A stretch of 64,000 bases of DNA from a virus (IMGVR_UViG_2770939580_000003:41062-105061), one strand, 5' to 3'; shown: positions 1 through 9,701, numbered from the stretch's first letter. Numbers and translations: made by a program. Notes: generated from the letters alone by a model not told the origin.

Positions 1-300
1 TCTAATGATATGCGAAGCATAAATGACGCTACGTATGAATTGAAATCAGGGGAGGAGAAACCCATCGAGCCCATTAACAAAGCTATTCTATACCTAACCG
101 TCATAGAAATGATGTTCGAAGTGCTTCAATACAATGAAGTAGATCAATCGGAGCTTGTAGATGCTCTGATAATGCTAGGATTTGATCCTATGGAAATTCT
201 CTATGAGACGAATACGATTAGATCATTTCAGAAGATATGTAAAGCATTTTCCGAGCTTCATCTTACCGATGAAGAACTTACCACGTTTATTCAAACGTAA
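1..300 (+). CDS. hypothetical protein; likely 3' end of an ORF open from the window edge
   Basis: Reading frame open from nt 1 (track ORF 10..300); helical acidic protein; strong terminator follows at 339-394. Confidence 0.4.
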   Translation, partial: SNDMRSINDATYELKSGEEKPIEPINKAILYLTVIEMMFEVLQYNEVDQSELVDALIMLGFDPMEILYETNTIRSFQKICKAFSELHLTDEELTTFIQT

Positions 301-338
301 TTCGTCACCCCTAGCTAGAACATACTCCCATCTTTAAA

Positions 339-394
339 CAACAGCAGCAGAACCCTGTCTCTAACGACGTAGGGTTCTGCTGTTTATTATTTAT
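339..394 (+). terminator. rho-independent terminator (17-bp GC-rich stem AACAGCAGCAGAACCCT / AGGGTTCTGCTGTT followed by T-rich run)
   Basis: Perfect inverted repeat with 14-nt loop then TATTATTTAT, read directly from sequence. Confidence 0.7.
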
Positions 395-708
395 CGACTT
401 AACATTGTACAACCGAATTCGTATAACGTTTAAGAGCTACTTCTGATCAAATATTCAAAATAATAAATGTAGCTTCGTTATGAACAGAAAGGTTGACTTG
501 TGATCATGAATTTTACCTCACGAGGTGAAGAAACAAACTTGAATTCACTTCCGCTAGTTGGTATTCTGGATTTTCCCTCCGTACATTACCAATATGAGAC
601 AGAGCATCCCCAGAAGATTATTATTATTCAGAACTACTTCTTCCTTACAGATGCTCCTCACTTCAATGCCTGGTTAACAAACCAGATTGAACTTGCCAGA
701 GTCAAGTG

Positions 709-1497
709 TTAATCACTTTGACTCGGCTTCCCATTGCCCTTACGTCTACGTTCATCAATAATTACTTTTAACATCAGTAGCTCTCCGTAAGTCAATGCTC
801 TTTTCCGCACTTTTTCCACCCATGCCTGCTCATGGATAATTTGATCTTTATACGCATCACCAATATATTGGTTTAATTCTCTCCATGCCCATTCTGCATA
901 ATTCAATACTTGATTCATCTCATCATCCTCCGTTACTGTGTGCTCCACCAGCGAATTCAATTTTTTATGTACGTCCTGCTTAAACCTTTCATATTGTTCA
1001 GGTTCCTTGATCCATGGCAATGGACACTCCTTCCAGCCCACTACCTCCTTATGGGTGAAAAATATCTCTGGAAAACCTCTTTGTTGTATAAGATATACAG
1101 CCAAGTCGACCACTCGATTAAATGTATCCTCATGAATGCTTCCATCCTTTTCAATACACATCTCAATTCCTACAGTGCTATTGTTGGGATATGATCCCAA
1201 CTTCTTCAGAGCCTCTTCGGTGTATGTCTTGCTTCCACAATGATAAGCAACCTCGTCATCTGGGAGACTGCAATAAATAGATGTACGATCAACTGAAAAA
1301 TGAGCACTTGCGTAACGAGCTTTGGTACCCTTGCTCACATTCTGATGTGCAAGACCGGCAAAGTATTGGCTTATATTCCTAGCTGATGCCCCTGGAGAAG
1401 CTGTATAATGCATTACAATTCCACGTTTGGCTTTCAGCTTCAGCCCCGGCCGGCTATAGGGATTTAACGGAATATAGTCTTCAACTACATGAATCAT
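709..1497 (-). CDS. N-acetylmuramoyl-L-alanine amidase (PGRP/Amidase_2 catalytic domain + C-terminal wall-binding domain); endolysin
   Basis: MHYTASPGASARN..HFSVD..YHCG..THKEV..C motifs typical of zinc amidase_2; ATGA overlap with upstream holin. Confidence 0.85.
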   Translation of the reverse strand: MIHVVEDYIPLNPYSRPGLKLKAKRGIVMHYTASPGASARNISQYFAGLAHQNVSKGTKARYASAHFSVDRTSIYCSLPDDEVAYHCGSKTYTEEALKKLGSYPNNSTVGIEMCIEKDGSIHEDTFNRVVDLAVYLIQQRGFPEIFFTHKEVVGWKECPLPWIKEPEQYERFKQDVHKKLNSLVEHTVTEDDEMNQVLNYAEWAWRELNQYIGDAYKDQIIHEQAWVEKVRKRALTYGELLMLKVIIDERRRKGNGKPSQSD

Positions 1498-1919
1498 TGC
1501 GAATCCCCCCGATCGCCACTTTGCTGATTATTACCCCGAAGTTTGAATAATGCCGAAGCGATAAATTTAGGAACAGGAAGACCCATTTTCCCCATATTCT
1601 CCAATATACTAATTCCTTCTGTGCCGATAATAAACATTAACATTGCATCACGCATAAAATCATTTGAATTTCCAGCTACAATATCGAGTTGATGAGCAAT
1701 AATTACAAACACAAAAGTTAAAGATTTGCGTGCAAGTCCCCACCAGCCTACCCTGCTGGAAAGTTCCTTTTTGTACCAAGCAGCTAAAACTCCTGTAAAA
1801 TAATCCAATCCCACGAAAATCGTCACTGCAATTAACAGATGATTGATTCCTCCTACCAAATAAACTACAGCAGATAATGCCCATCCAAACATAATCATAA
1901 ATATCGTATCTTTCTGCAC
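1494..1919 (-). CDS. holin, phage_holin_4_1 (TcdE-like) family, 141 aa, 3-4 TM
   Basis: TM helices, VGLDYFTG motif characteristic of this holin family, charged C-terminus; immediately upstream of amidase. Confidence 0.8.
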   Translation of the reverse strand: MQKDTIFMIMFGWALSAVVYLVGGINHLLIAVTIFVGLDYFTGVLAAWYKKELSSRVGWWGLARKSLTFVFVIIAHQLDIVAGNSNDFMRDAMLMFIIGTEGISILENMGKMGLPVPKFIASALFKLRGNNQQSGDRGDSQ

Positions 1920-2029
1920 TGCCTTTCCCCCTTCATATCTGTTTGATGTCTAGGTTAGGCGGTTCACAGACTTCCTTCTCAACTTCCAATGAAACGTACC
2001 AAAAAACGATAAACTTTCGCAAAGCGAAC

Positions 2030-2080
2030 AGCAAAAATCCCTCTCGCCCTAAAGGGCAGGAAGGATTTTAATAAATTCAT
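2030..2080 (-). terminator. imperfect stem-loop terminator downstream of ytfJ-like fragment
   Basis: TCCTTCCTGCCC-TTTA-GGGCGAGAGGGA with G-U pairs followed by TTTTTG on minus strand. Confidence 0.4.
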
Positions 2081-2085
2081 TCTGT

Positions 2086-2505
2086 TTAGCTGTACGTCGA
2101 ATGGTCTGTTGGTGTTACCGGGATACCGGTTTCCGCTGCTGTATGGTTCCGATGGCGGAACATGTCCTGAATACGGTCGAGGACGTATGGAGTAGAATCA
2201 ATCAATTTTTCGAACAAGTGCGTCGAATTATCGAGTGGTACGATGTGCACGCCCTGTTTGCCTACAACCAGAAAGGCTATCGGACGGATAGATACACCAC
2301 CGCCACTACCGCCGCCGAACGGAGAAGCAACCTTGGCAGAATGCGCATGCTCTGTTGAGCTGGATGAATCGCTTCCTCTTTCAGTATTTACGTTAAAATC
2401 ACTTCCGCCTGCGGCAAAACCAAAGCCCACTTTACTGATCGGCAGAATAACGGTGCCATCCGGTGTTAGTAAAAGAACCAGTAGCTTGACTTAATTCATA
2501 AGCCT
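2086..2505 (-). pseudogene. ytfJ: 3' portion (about 115-140 codons) of a YtfJ/GerW-family sporulation protein gene lacking its 5' end; homology breaks near nt 2470
   Basis: VGFGFAAGGS...PFGGGSGGGVSIRPIAFLVVG...HLFEKLID matches Spore_YtfJ family; frame upstream of the listed Met stays open (..LTPDGTVILPISKVGFGF..) up to a TAA at about 2506 with no start codon. Confidence 0.55.
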
Positions 2506-2523
2506 TTTATACACATTAAATCC

Positions 2524-4011
2524 CTAAAGAAAATTTACAGTTACCATTGGCTTATCATCAAAGTCATTCTTAGTCCAAATTACATTATGAATGATACTTT
2601 TGTAAGCTCGATTAAGTTCTTTAGGGTCTTTCGTTTTTGTTATCTGATTCAGGACATCATTAACGCTGATAAGCATATCTTCATTTTTAGCATTCAGTGA
2701 ATTATCCAGTTGTGTCTTAATTACTCTATATTCTTCTTCAAGTTTATTGAGAATTTCATTTGCACGATTTAACCTCTCCAAGTACTTCTCTTTCGTGTAT
2801 GTTCCATCTTCTAAAAAATCATGGATTCGCTCAATAGCATTTTCTTGTTTTTTAATTTCTTGAATTTTGGTTTGAGCTATGTCAGCTAAGTTGCTCATAT
2901 CGGATGAACTTAAACCTTCAGCAATAGCATCTTCAATTTGTTTCTTTTTAATGATTAAAGCATTCAAAATGAAGTTTGTAACTACGTCTGACCTATCGCC
3001 TAAATTGCTGCATCTTTCACCAAACGGGTTTCGATGAGTACAAGATTTAAGCGTGTCATAACTTCTTCCTGTTCTTTTCTGGATAGACATCGTGTGATTG
3101 CATTTTCCACATATAACCAGTCCAGACAGGGCGTTTTTCCCAGAGCGACTTGCTTTTGGGGTTTTAATTTGAGAGCCAATTATAAACATTATCTTATCAT
3201 GTTCGAGTTGAGTTTTAACTGCTGTATGACAATTATTATAAATGATCCATTCATCTTTAGGTTTATAAACTAAGTCTCCCGTGTTGGACATTTTTCGTTT
3301 TTTCCCAACAATCACTTTTCCGAGATGAACTTCATCGCACAGTATCCTTCTAACAACCGCTGGATTCCACATTCCATCTCTTGGAGATTTAATACCCATC
3401 TTATTGAGCTCCCATGCAATGTCTGTACTAGACCATCCACTCATACATTTCTCTACCATAAATCTGTATGTAGGGAGGTTTTCTTCTACAGGTTCAGCTC
3501 TTCCAGTTTGAGCGTTTCTAATATACGGGAACGGTGGAACTCCGTTACTCCATAAGCCCTGTTTTGCATTTCTCGCTTTACCTTGTCTGAAACGTCTAGA
3601 TATTTGCTTATATTCCATTCGAGCCATCATGCCTTCGAATTCAGCCATAAGCATATCCGTGTCATTATTGTAATCGTATACTCTCTGAGGAGTAACCAAA
3701 AGTGTTTCTGATCTAGCAAATAATTTACTCAGTGTGGCTCTATCAACCTCATCACCACGACTCAGACGGTCAATGTGAATAACAAGTACAGCATCGAACA
3801 TCCCTTGTTCAATATCACTCATCAATTCAGTCATTTTAGGTCTTAGTGAAATTGAATCTGCTGTCCCAACCTCAGCATATTCAACATAAGCCCAACTATT
3901 CTGTTCGCACATAGAAAGTAATTCAGCTCTGTGCTTTTCCAAATCTTTTTCTTCGTCACCGCGCGATTTACGCAGATAAACTGCTACGTGCTTAATTACG
4001 TATTGACTCAA
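2524..4011 (-). CDS. large serine recombinase (resolvase catalytic domain + recombinase domain + zinc ribbon/coiled coil), 495 aa; integrase
   Basis: N-terminal VAVYLRKSRGDEE (catalytic Ser), ..DRLSRGDEVD.., size and C-terminal Cys cluster CGKCNH typical of SprA/phiC31-type integrases. Confidence 0.9.
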   Translation of the reverse strand: MSQYVIKHVAVYLRKSRGDEEKDLEKHRAELLSMCEQNSWAYVEYAEVGTADSISLRPKMTELMSDIEQGMFDAVLVIHIDRLSRGDEVDRATLSKLFARSETLLVTPQRVYDYNNDTDMLMAEFEGMMARMEYKQISRRFRQGKARNAKQGLWSNGVPPFPYIRNAQTGRAEPVEENLPTYRFMVEKCMSGWSSTDIAWELNKMGIKSPRDGMWNPAVVRRILCDEVHLGKVIVGKKRKMSNTGDLVYKPKDEWIIYNNCHTAVKTQLEHDKIMFIIGSQIKTPKASRSGKNALSGLVICGKCNHTMSIQKRTGRSYDTLKSCTHRNPFGERCSNLGDRSDVVTNFILNALIIKKKQIEDAIAEGLSSSDMSNLADIAQTKIQEIKKQENAIERIHDFLEDGTYTKEKYLERLNRANEILNKLEEEYRVIKTQLDNSLNAKNEDMLISVNDVLNQITKTKDPKELNRAYKSIIHNVIWTKNDFDDKPMVTVNFL

Positions 4012-4075
4012 ACTACGACCTCCATTCCGGTTTATATATGAACATCACACATTTAGTCGCACAATCAATTATAGT

Positions 4076-4105
4076 ACAAAAAAAGCCAAGTTGCCAAGTA
4101 GCAAC
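4076..4105 (-). terminator. weak stem-loop (GTTGC/GCAAC) plus T7 run after small ORF 4122..4313
   Basis: minus strand GTTGCtacttgGCAACttggcTTTTTTT. Confidence 0.3.
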
Positions 4106-4121
4106 ATGACTTCTATAGTAA

Positions 4122-4313
4122 TTATTTTCTTCTTTTGCTGTCCATTAAAATCTTAACAAACATCTTGCAATTCTCAACCGACGGCTCTCCATTTATAATT
4201 AAAGTTCCAAGGTTGGGAATGATATGTGTTTCGCTTCTCAATTTTTTCTCCAGATTTATCACCTCTATTATAACTTTTCCATTTTGGTCTACTTTATTCA
4301 TTTTCATTTCCAT
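4122..4313 (-). CDS. hypothetical small protein (63 aa) immediately upstream of recombinase
   Basis: ORF track; same strand tiling. Confidence 0.4.
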   Translation of the reverse strand: MEMKMNKVDQNGKVIIEVINLEKKLRSETHIIPNLGTLIINGEPSVENCKMFVKILMDSKRRK

Positions 4314-4429
4314 ATGTATTGATCGCTTCAGTAATGAAATCTTTTAAATAATAGTGCCATCTCGTTCTTGGTTTATATCCTCTAATCTCAATTCCAATTT
4401 CTTCGCAAATGGCTAGTGAAATACTACTT

Positions 4430-5023
4430 TTATTTACTTCTCATTTCTTTGAAGCTACTACAAACGTTATTTACTATCTCATCCTGAATAAATGCCTCTT
4501 TAGCAGCTTTCAGTATTGAGCAATTCCTTTTGTATCTGCTACATTCTTCGCATCTCTTAACAAAATCACCATACATCTGTTCGTCATCAAATATTCCTAT
4601 GTATTCTACGGGAGTAAAAACCAATTCAACCCTAGGATTCTTTTTGTCATATAATATGCGCTGAGTCCTTGTTAAAATTCTACTGTCGTTATCATATGCT
4701 ATCTTCTCTAGTGCATCGTTGTTGAGTTTGTAGATATTATTGTCATCCCTACCCTTGCGGTTAAAATAAATGATAGAATCCATGTACAAGTAGTGTGTTT
4801 TGGTGTACTCATAATCCCATTCTTGCTTGCTTACTTGGTCTGTAGCTGCCTCAATAATTTCTTTTTTAACTTTCTCACCTTCTTTACTAAGTATTCGTTT
4901 ACCTGTAGGCACTCTAGATCTGGTTTTCGGATTCCATGTGTATTGGTTTATGTATAAGTCATTTATTGAAACTGGTAATGGTAGTCTCAGTTGCAATTTC
5001 ATATCATGTTCAATAAGATTCAA
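4430..5023 (-). CDS. RusA-like Holliday junction resolvase with C-terminal Cys-rich extension
   Basis: LPVSINDLY...GKR...EGEK and RKGRDDNNIYKLNNDAL (Dx(D/N)N..K..D catalytic pattern of RusA family); C-terminal CEECSRYKRNC. Confidence 0.5.
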   Translation of the reverse strand: MNLIEHDMKLQLRLPLPVSINDLYINQYTWNPKTRSRVPTGKRILSKEGEKVKKEIIEAATDQVSKQEWDYEYTKTHYLYMDSIIYFNRKGRDDNNIYKLNNDALEKIAYDNDSRILTRTQRILYDKKNPRVELVFTPVEYIGIFDDEQMYGDFVKRCEECSRYKRNCSILKAAKEAFIQDEIVNNVCSSFKEMRSK

Positions 5024-5027
5024 TTAA

Positions 5028-5255
5028 TCATTCCTCTCCTGCAATTAATCTTTTAGCATGTACCGCTTTAATCAAACATTCATATGTATCGTGCACACAT
5101 GCTCCAAATACATCTAAAACTTCTTCTCCCACAATAATATCTTCCTTACAACCGTAACAGGTCGAATACTTCACCTCCTTTTCTTGTGAATCTGGATAAC
5201 GGATATCATGATAATCGCTATTAAATCTATCCATTTGATTTCTCAATTTTCTCAT
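5028..5255 (-). CDS. hypothetical Cys-rich small protein
   Basis: CYGC...C..H..C pattern. Confidence 0.4.
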   Translation of the reverse strand: MRKLRNQMDRFNSDYHDIRYPDSQEKEVKYSTCYGCKEDIIVGEEVLDVFGACVHDTYECLIKAVHAKRLIAGEE

Positions 5256-5361
5256 TCAGCAATTGATTAAGAACTGTTCCTACAACTTCTGTGTATTCTT
5301 CATTGGTCAACTTACGTCCAATAATTTGCTCAATCTTTTCTTTGCTAAGTTTGTTCTCCAT

Positions 5362-8300
5362 CTATGCATTCTCCTTATTCTTGTACTTGTTATAACCTGT
5401 GATCCAAACATCTGTCTGATCTGTGGCTCTGAAACCGCCATTTCCGTCTGGGACCTGTCTTGGTTTTTTCTTATGGCTCGTTATTTCAATTAAATCTCCT
5501 TTCTCAATTTTCAACGCTTTATCTTTGACGTTAAATGTTTTCTTGTCCATTTTAAAGACACGTTCATCGCCATTACGAAGATTGTATAAGGTAAGCTTGG
5601 GACTGTATTTAAGATCTAAATCGGTAACTACACACCAACCCGATTCTATATCGGGAAATACAGCTTCGGAGTACCCTAGCATTTCTTTTTGGAACATCAC
5701 TTCTTCGTTTGGCATAACTTTGGAGTAGTCATTTTCAGTGCGAATCCTATTTTCTTCATCAATTAGATCCGCTATCCTCTTAAGTTTAGTCTTCTCAACG
5801 TATGTTTTTTTATATTGAGATCTTCCACTTGAGAACTCTTTGTGCAATGTCACCAATAAACTAATGTCACCAAATTCTCTAAAGAACCCAAGACGAGTCA
5901 ATATATCAGTTTGACGACTGTTGACCGATGTTTTTTCGTTTAAATCCACTAGCAATTCAACAAATGATGCATATGTATTTTTACTTAAGGATAATAGTTC
6001 TTCTGCAATCTTTTCATTAAGGTATTTAATAGATTTTAAACCTTTGTAGATAGTATTATCGCCCTCACTAAATGAGTAATCAGCGTTAGACTTTCCAAAT
6101 TTTATTGGTGACACCTCAATACCTCTTGTTTTAGCATAGTTAATTATTTGACCCGTCTTTTCTATGTTGTCATTATTTATATTCAACATCACAGTAAGAA
6201 AGGCTAGAGGGTAGTAGTGTCTTAGATATCCATTTCCATAACCGATGTGAGAGTAAGGATTTGAGTGGTTATCGGAGAATCCATAACGCTGTGCATCATC
6301 TATGACCTGCAAAAAAGGCTCTAAGACAGCAAGCGCATCTTCTTCGGTCTCTCCGTAATCCATATTCATTTTTTGCACAAAACGCTTCCTTATCTCTGGC
6401 AGAAACTTCTCTGTTCCTTCTTTTTTACTCAATCCCCTTCGAACACTATCGCTTTCTGCCATTGTAAACTCGCAGAACTCTACTAGAAAGTTCATGATTT
6501 GTTCTTGATATACTAAGTATCCAATAGTACTCTTCAGAAAATTATTCAATGCTTCATGACCGTGATCTTTGAATATGCCATTTGCCAAAGCTTGTCTGTA
6601 TGAGTCTCCTGATGGTCTAATTGCTCCATTGCCAATTGAGAATAGCTCAATATAACTAAACATATCATTTTGTTCTTCTATCTTATGTATTGTTTCTTCG
6701 CTTAGTAGATCTTTTAGATATGCTTGGGCAGAATTACTTTCCCATTGGAATATTCCCAAACCAGACTCTCGTATGGAATTCCAGACATCTTTATCATCAA
6801 CATCCATATTGTCCGGTGTAAGCCGTTCAATTCCAGCTAGCTTACATGTCTCATTGATAATTTCATTGTTGTCCAAACCCAAAATATCCAACTTTACATA
6901 ATTGAGTCCATCGAGTTCTTTCATATTGATCTGACTTACTGGATACTTACTTTCTTTTGTATAACAAAGACCAATGTTATCTTCGAGACTTACTGGAGAA
7001 ACTATGTAGCCAGAAGGATGAGATCCTATGCTTACTATAACTCCTTGCACCAATTCAACATATTTGAATAATTCGGGATACATATCGAGATACTTCGGAT
7101 CTACTCTATCGACCTTCTTATCGTCTTTGAATACTGATTTAGCAATGGCGTCTACTATCGCAAGATCCATACCTAGAGCCCTTCCAACTTCTCTAATTGC
7201 TCCTTTTAGTGCCACAGTGTTAAAGGTGATAATCTCTGAGAAATGAATACCGGGAATTGTTGCTACGTAATCAATAACATCTTGCCTTTTAGATGGAGGC
7301 CAGTCCAAGTCAATATCGGCAAGCGAGATACGCTCTGGATTCAAGAACCGGAAAAAGTTCAGCTTATGTTTGATACTATCCATCTCAGTAATTTTCAATA
7401 AATACGCAATCAAGCTTCCGTTAACTGATCCACGACCATATCCTTGATAAATATCATTACTATGCGCCCAATCAACTACATCTTTCTGTAGGAGCATATA
7501 GTCAATTGCTCCAACCTTTTTATATGTATCAAACTCTTCTCTAATCCGTTTAAAATATGTATCTTTTTTTACTTTGTCAAACTTATTAATTCCTCGTTCG
7601 ATTACACCGACATTTATCTTTTCTTTAAACACTTTTTCTGAGTCGTCGTGCAGCTTAGGATACTTTGGCGACGAATCAATCTTAAATTCTTCGATCATAT
7701 CAGCCATAACGTTTGTATTATGTATAGCTTCAAGATAAACATTTCTAGGTAAAGCCGATTGCTCCTCAAACATTTTGACAACTTCAGGATATGTTTTAAA
7801 GGTTAGATCGAATGCATCTTCATCTCCATATGTCGCACCCTTAGCCTTCATTAGAATCTTACGTGCATCAGCATGAGATCTGTTTAAGGCGTGAGTGTCT
7901 GTTCCTGCAATAAGCGGTATACCTGTTTCAATTGATAAACTGTGTAGATGCTGGTTGAATAGCTTTTGCTCTGGGTGAGTGTGATATTGAATCTCAAAAA
8001 ACATTCTATGCTTATTGCTAACAAAGAAATCCATAAATTTGTTCATCATCTGCTTGTTGTCATTTTTAATAGCTCTCCATAACGGAGATGCTAGACAAGC
8101 AGATGTCATGATAATATTATCCGAAGTATTGAACAGTTCTTCAAAAGTAATCCTTGGATTATAATAATAATGTCCGTCATCTTTATTGTTCGAGAGTGAA
8201 GTCAGTTTGTTTAATTCCTGCGCTCCCTCAAGATTCTTTGCAATAAGCATGTAATGATAATTGTCGCGAATCAAACCACTTTCTTTGTCATTGTGCTCAG

Positions 8301-8505
8301 TGAGGTATACCTCATTCGCATGAATGTACTTCATACCTTTCTCTTCGATAGACTGCTTCTTCTTGACCCAATTAAAAACATTACCGTGTTCAGAGAAACA
8401 TATTGTTTGCATGTTAGCTTTTTCTGCTTCATCGATGTATTGTTGATATTTAGTCACAGAGTCTATAGCCATTGACGTTGATGGATTGCTAGTATCTGAA
8501 TGCAA
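5362..8505 (-). CDS. DNA polymerase III alpha (DnaE)-like replicative polymerase with N-terminal PHP domain, 1047 aa (SPbeta YorL-like)
   Basis: N-terminal PHP motifs (FSEHGNVF, HANEVY), long polymerase core; size; context with primase/helicase. Confidence 0.8.
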   Translation of the reverse strand: MHSDTSNPSTSMAIDSVTKYQQYIDEAEKANMQTICFSEHGNVFNWVKKKQSIEEKGMKYIHANEVYLTEHNDKESGLIRDNYHYMLIAKNLEGAQELNKLTSLSNNKDDGHYYYNPRITFEELFNTSDNIIMTSACLASPLWRAIKNDNKQMMNKFMDFFVSNKHRMFFEIQYHTHPEQKLFNQHLHSLSIETGIPLIAGTDTHALNRSHADARKILMKAKGATYGDEDAFDLTFKTYPEVVKMFEEQSALPRNVYLEAIHNTNVMADMIEEFKIDSSPKYPKLHDDSEKVFKEKINVGVIERGINKFDKVKKDTYFKRIREEFDTYKKVGAIDYMLLQKDVVDWAHSNDIYQGYGRGSVNGSLIAYLLKITEMDSIKHKLNFFRFLNPERISLADIDLDWPPSKRQDVIDYVATIPGIHFSEIITFNTVALKGAIREVGRALGMDLAIVDAIAKSVFKDDKKVDRVDPKYLDMYPELFKYVELVQGVIVSIGSHPSGYIVSPVSLEDNIGLCYTKESKYPVSQINMKELDGLNYVKLDILGLDNNEIINETCKLAGIERLTPDNMDVDDKDVWNSIRESGLGIFQWESNSAQAYLKDLLSEETIHKIEEQNDMFSYIELFSIGNGAIRPSGDSYRQALANGIFKDHGHEALNNFLKSTIGYLVYQEQIMNFLVEFCEFTMAESDSVRRGLSKKEGTEKFLPEIRKRFVQKMNMDYGETEEDALAVLEPFLQVIDDAQRYGFSDNHSNPYSHIGYGNGYLRHYYPLAFLTVMLNINNDNIEKTGQIINYAKTRGIEVSPIKFGKSNADYSFSEGDNTIYKGLKSIKYLNEKIAEELLSLSKNTYASFVELLVDLNEKTSVNSRQTDILTRLGFFREFGDISLLVTLHKEFSSGRSQYKKTYVEKTKLKRIADLIDEENRIRTENDYSKVMPNEEVMFQKEMLGYSEAVFPDIESGWCVVTDLDLKYSPKLTLYNLRNGDERVFKMDKKTFNVKDKALKIEKGDLIEITSHKKKPRQVPDGNGGFRATDQTDVWITGYNKYKNKENA

Positions 8506-8571
8506 ATGATAAATTACATAGTTATCCGTATGATCATCTCCTTACTTGCACACTTTTATAGAATTTGTTTC

Positions 8572-8600
8572 ATGTATTATATTTGTCTATTTGTGTTACA
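8572..8600 (-). repeat. variant copy of 21-bp intergenic motif (minus: ACACAAATAGACAAATATAATAC) upstream of DnaE-like gene
   Basis: sequence comparison. Confidence 0.4.
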
Positions 8601-8678
8601 TTATAATCACCTCCTCAAATCCTCCTATAAAGAGTCAATTATCCTTAATCTCATACTCTCTATAGGAGAACATTTCAT

Positions 8679-9701
8679 CTATAAGTTATAGACACCTTCA
8701 ACCTTCTTTGCTTCAGGTAGCTGAGATTCAATATCTCGTGCAGTAATTTCCATTAAGTTTTGACGTGACATCTTCTCGCGTCTCTTCATTAATCGAACCG
8801 CCTGATGTCTGATTGCCTTCTCGATAACATTTCTTACATATCTGGCATTACTAAAATGAATCCTCAGGTCTTTTTCATCTTGTATGATCTGTTTAAGTTT
8901 TAAACCTGCTTCATTTGTAAAGCTATAATCTTTCTCTGAAGACATCTTTAAAGCTATCAGCATTAATTCGTCTGTGGAATAATCATCAAAGTTAATCTGG
9001 ATAGGAAATCTTGAGGGCAATCCGGTATTAATCTGAAGGAAATCGTCCATCTCGATAGGATATCCAGCCAATATGATGATTAGATCGTCACTCTTATCTT
9101 CCATAACTTTTACAAGTGTATCTATAGCCTCTTTACCAAAGTCTTTTTCTCCTCCACGAGCAAGACTATACGCTTCATCAATGAAAAGTATCCCACCCAT
9201 AGCTTTTTTTACAAGGTCACGAGTCTTCAAGGCTGTATGACCAATGTACTCCCCCACTAAATCAGCACGTTCAACCTCAATCAAATGGCCTTTGCTTAGT
9301 ACACCCATTTTGTTGAGCATTTTGGATATTATTCTTGCTACTGTAGTTTTTCCTGTGCCGGGATTACCTTTGAAGATCATATGGTAAACCTGTTTGCTGT
9401 TCTTCAATCCCTCATCGCTTCGGTACTTGTTGATTTGGATTAATGAATAAATCTCATATATCAGATCCTTGACTTTATCAAGCCCAATCATTTCTTCCAT
9501 CTCATTAAAAATGTCTGCTGCGGATTCATTATTGTGATTACTTGTTAATGATATGTCCTCATTTTGCTCTAACGGCGCTCTGAGCCCACCATCAGCGTTG
9601 AATATAATATTGATCCTTGAATCATTAACAGTAATTTTCCTTAAACTTTCGTCCACAGTCATCACCTCGTTAAGACAGTATATGCTCCTGTGTTGGTGCA
9701 A
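8679..9701 (-). CDS. AAA+ ATPase, SpoVK/CbbX-like
   Basis: Walker A GNPGTGKTT, Walker B ILFIDEAYSL, sensor/arginine finger region; about 100-aa N-terminal extension. Confidence 0.75.
   Translation of the reverse strand: MHQHRSIYCLNEVMTVDESLRKITVNDSRINIIFNADGGLRAPLEQNEDISLTSNHNNESAADIFNEMEEMIGLDKVKDLIYEIYSLIQINKYRSDEGLKNSKQVYHMIFKGNPGTGKTTVARIISKMLNKMGVLSKGHLIEVERADLVGEYIGHTALKTRDLVKKAMGGILFIDEAYSLARGGEKDFGKEAIDTLVKVMEDKSDDLIIILAGYPIEMDDFLQINTGLPSRFPIQINFDDYSTDELMLIALKMSSEKDYSFTNEAGLKLKQIIQDEKDLRIHFSNARYVRNVIEKAIRHQAVRLMKRREKMSRQNLMEITARDIESQLPEAKKVEGVYNL

Noticed and set aside
910-1194. Plus-strand ORFs 910..1194 and 938..1135 inside the amidase gene
   Set aside because: Antisense to a well-supported amidase CDS; low-complexity translations; no RBS.
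2101-2494. Plus-strand ORFs 2101..2358 and 2243..2494
   Set aside because: Antisense of the YtfJ-like reading frame, whose protein similarity is only on the minus strand.
3034-3555. Plus-strand ORFs within the recombinase gene
   Set aside because: Nested antisense ORFs in a confidently identified CDS.
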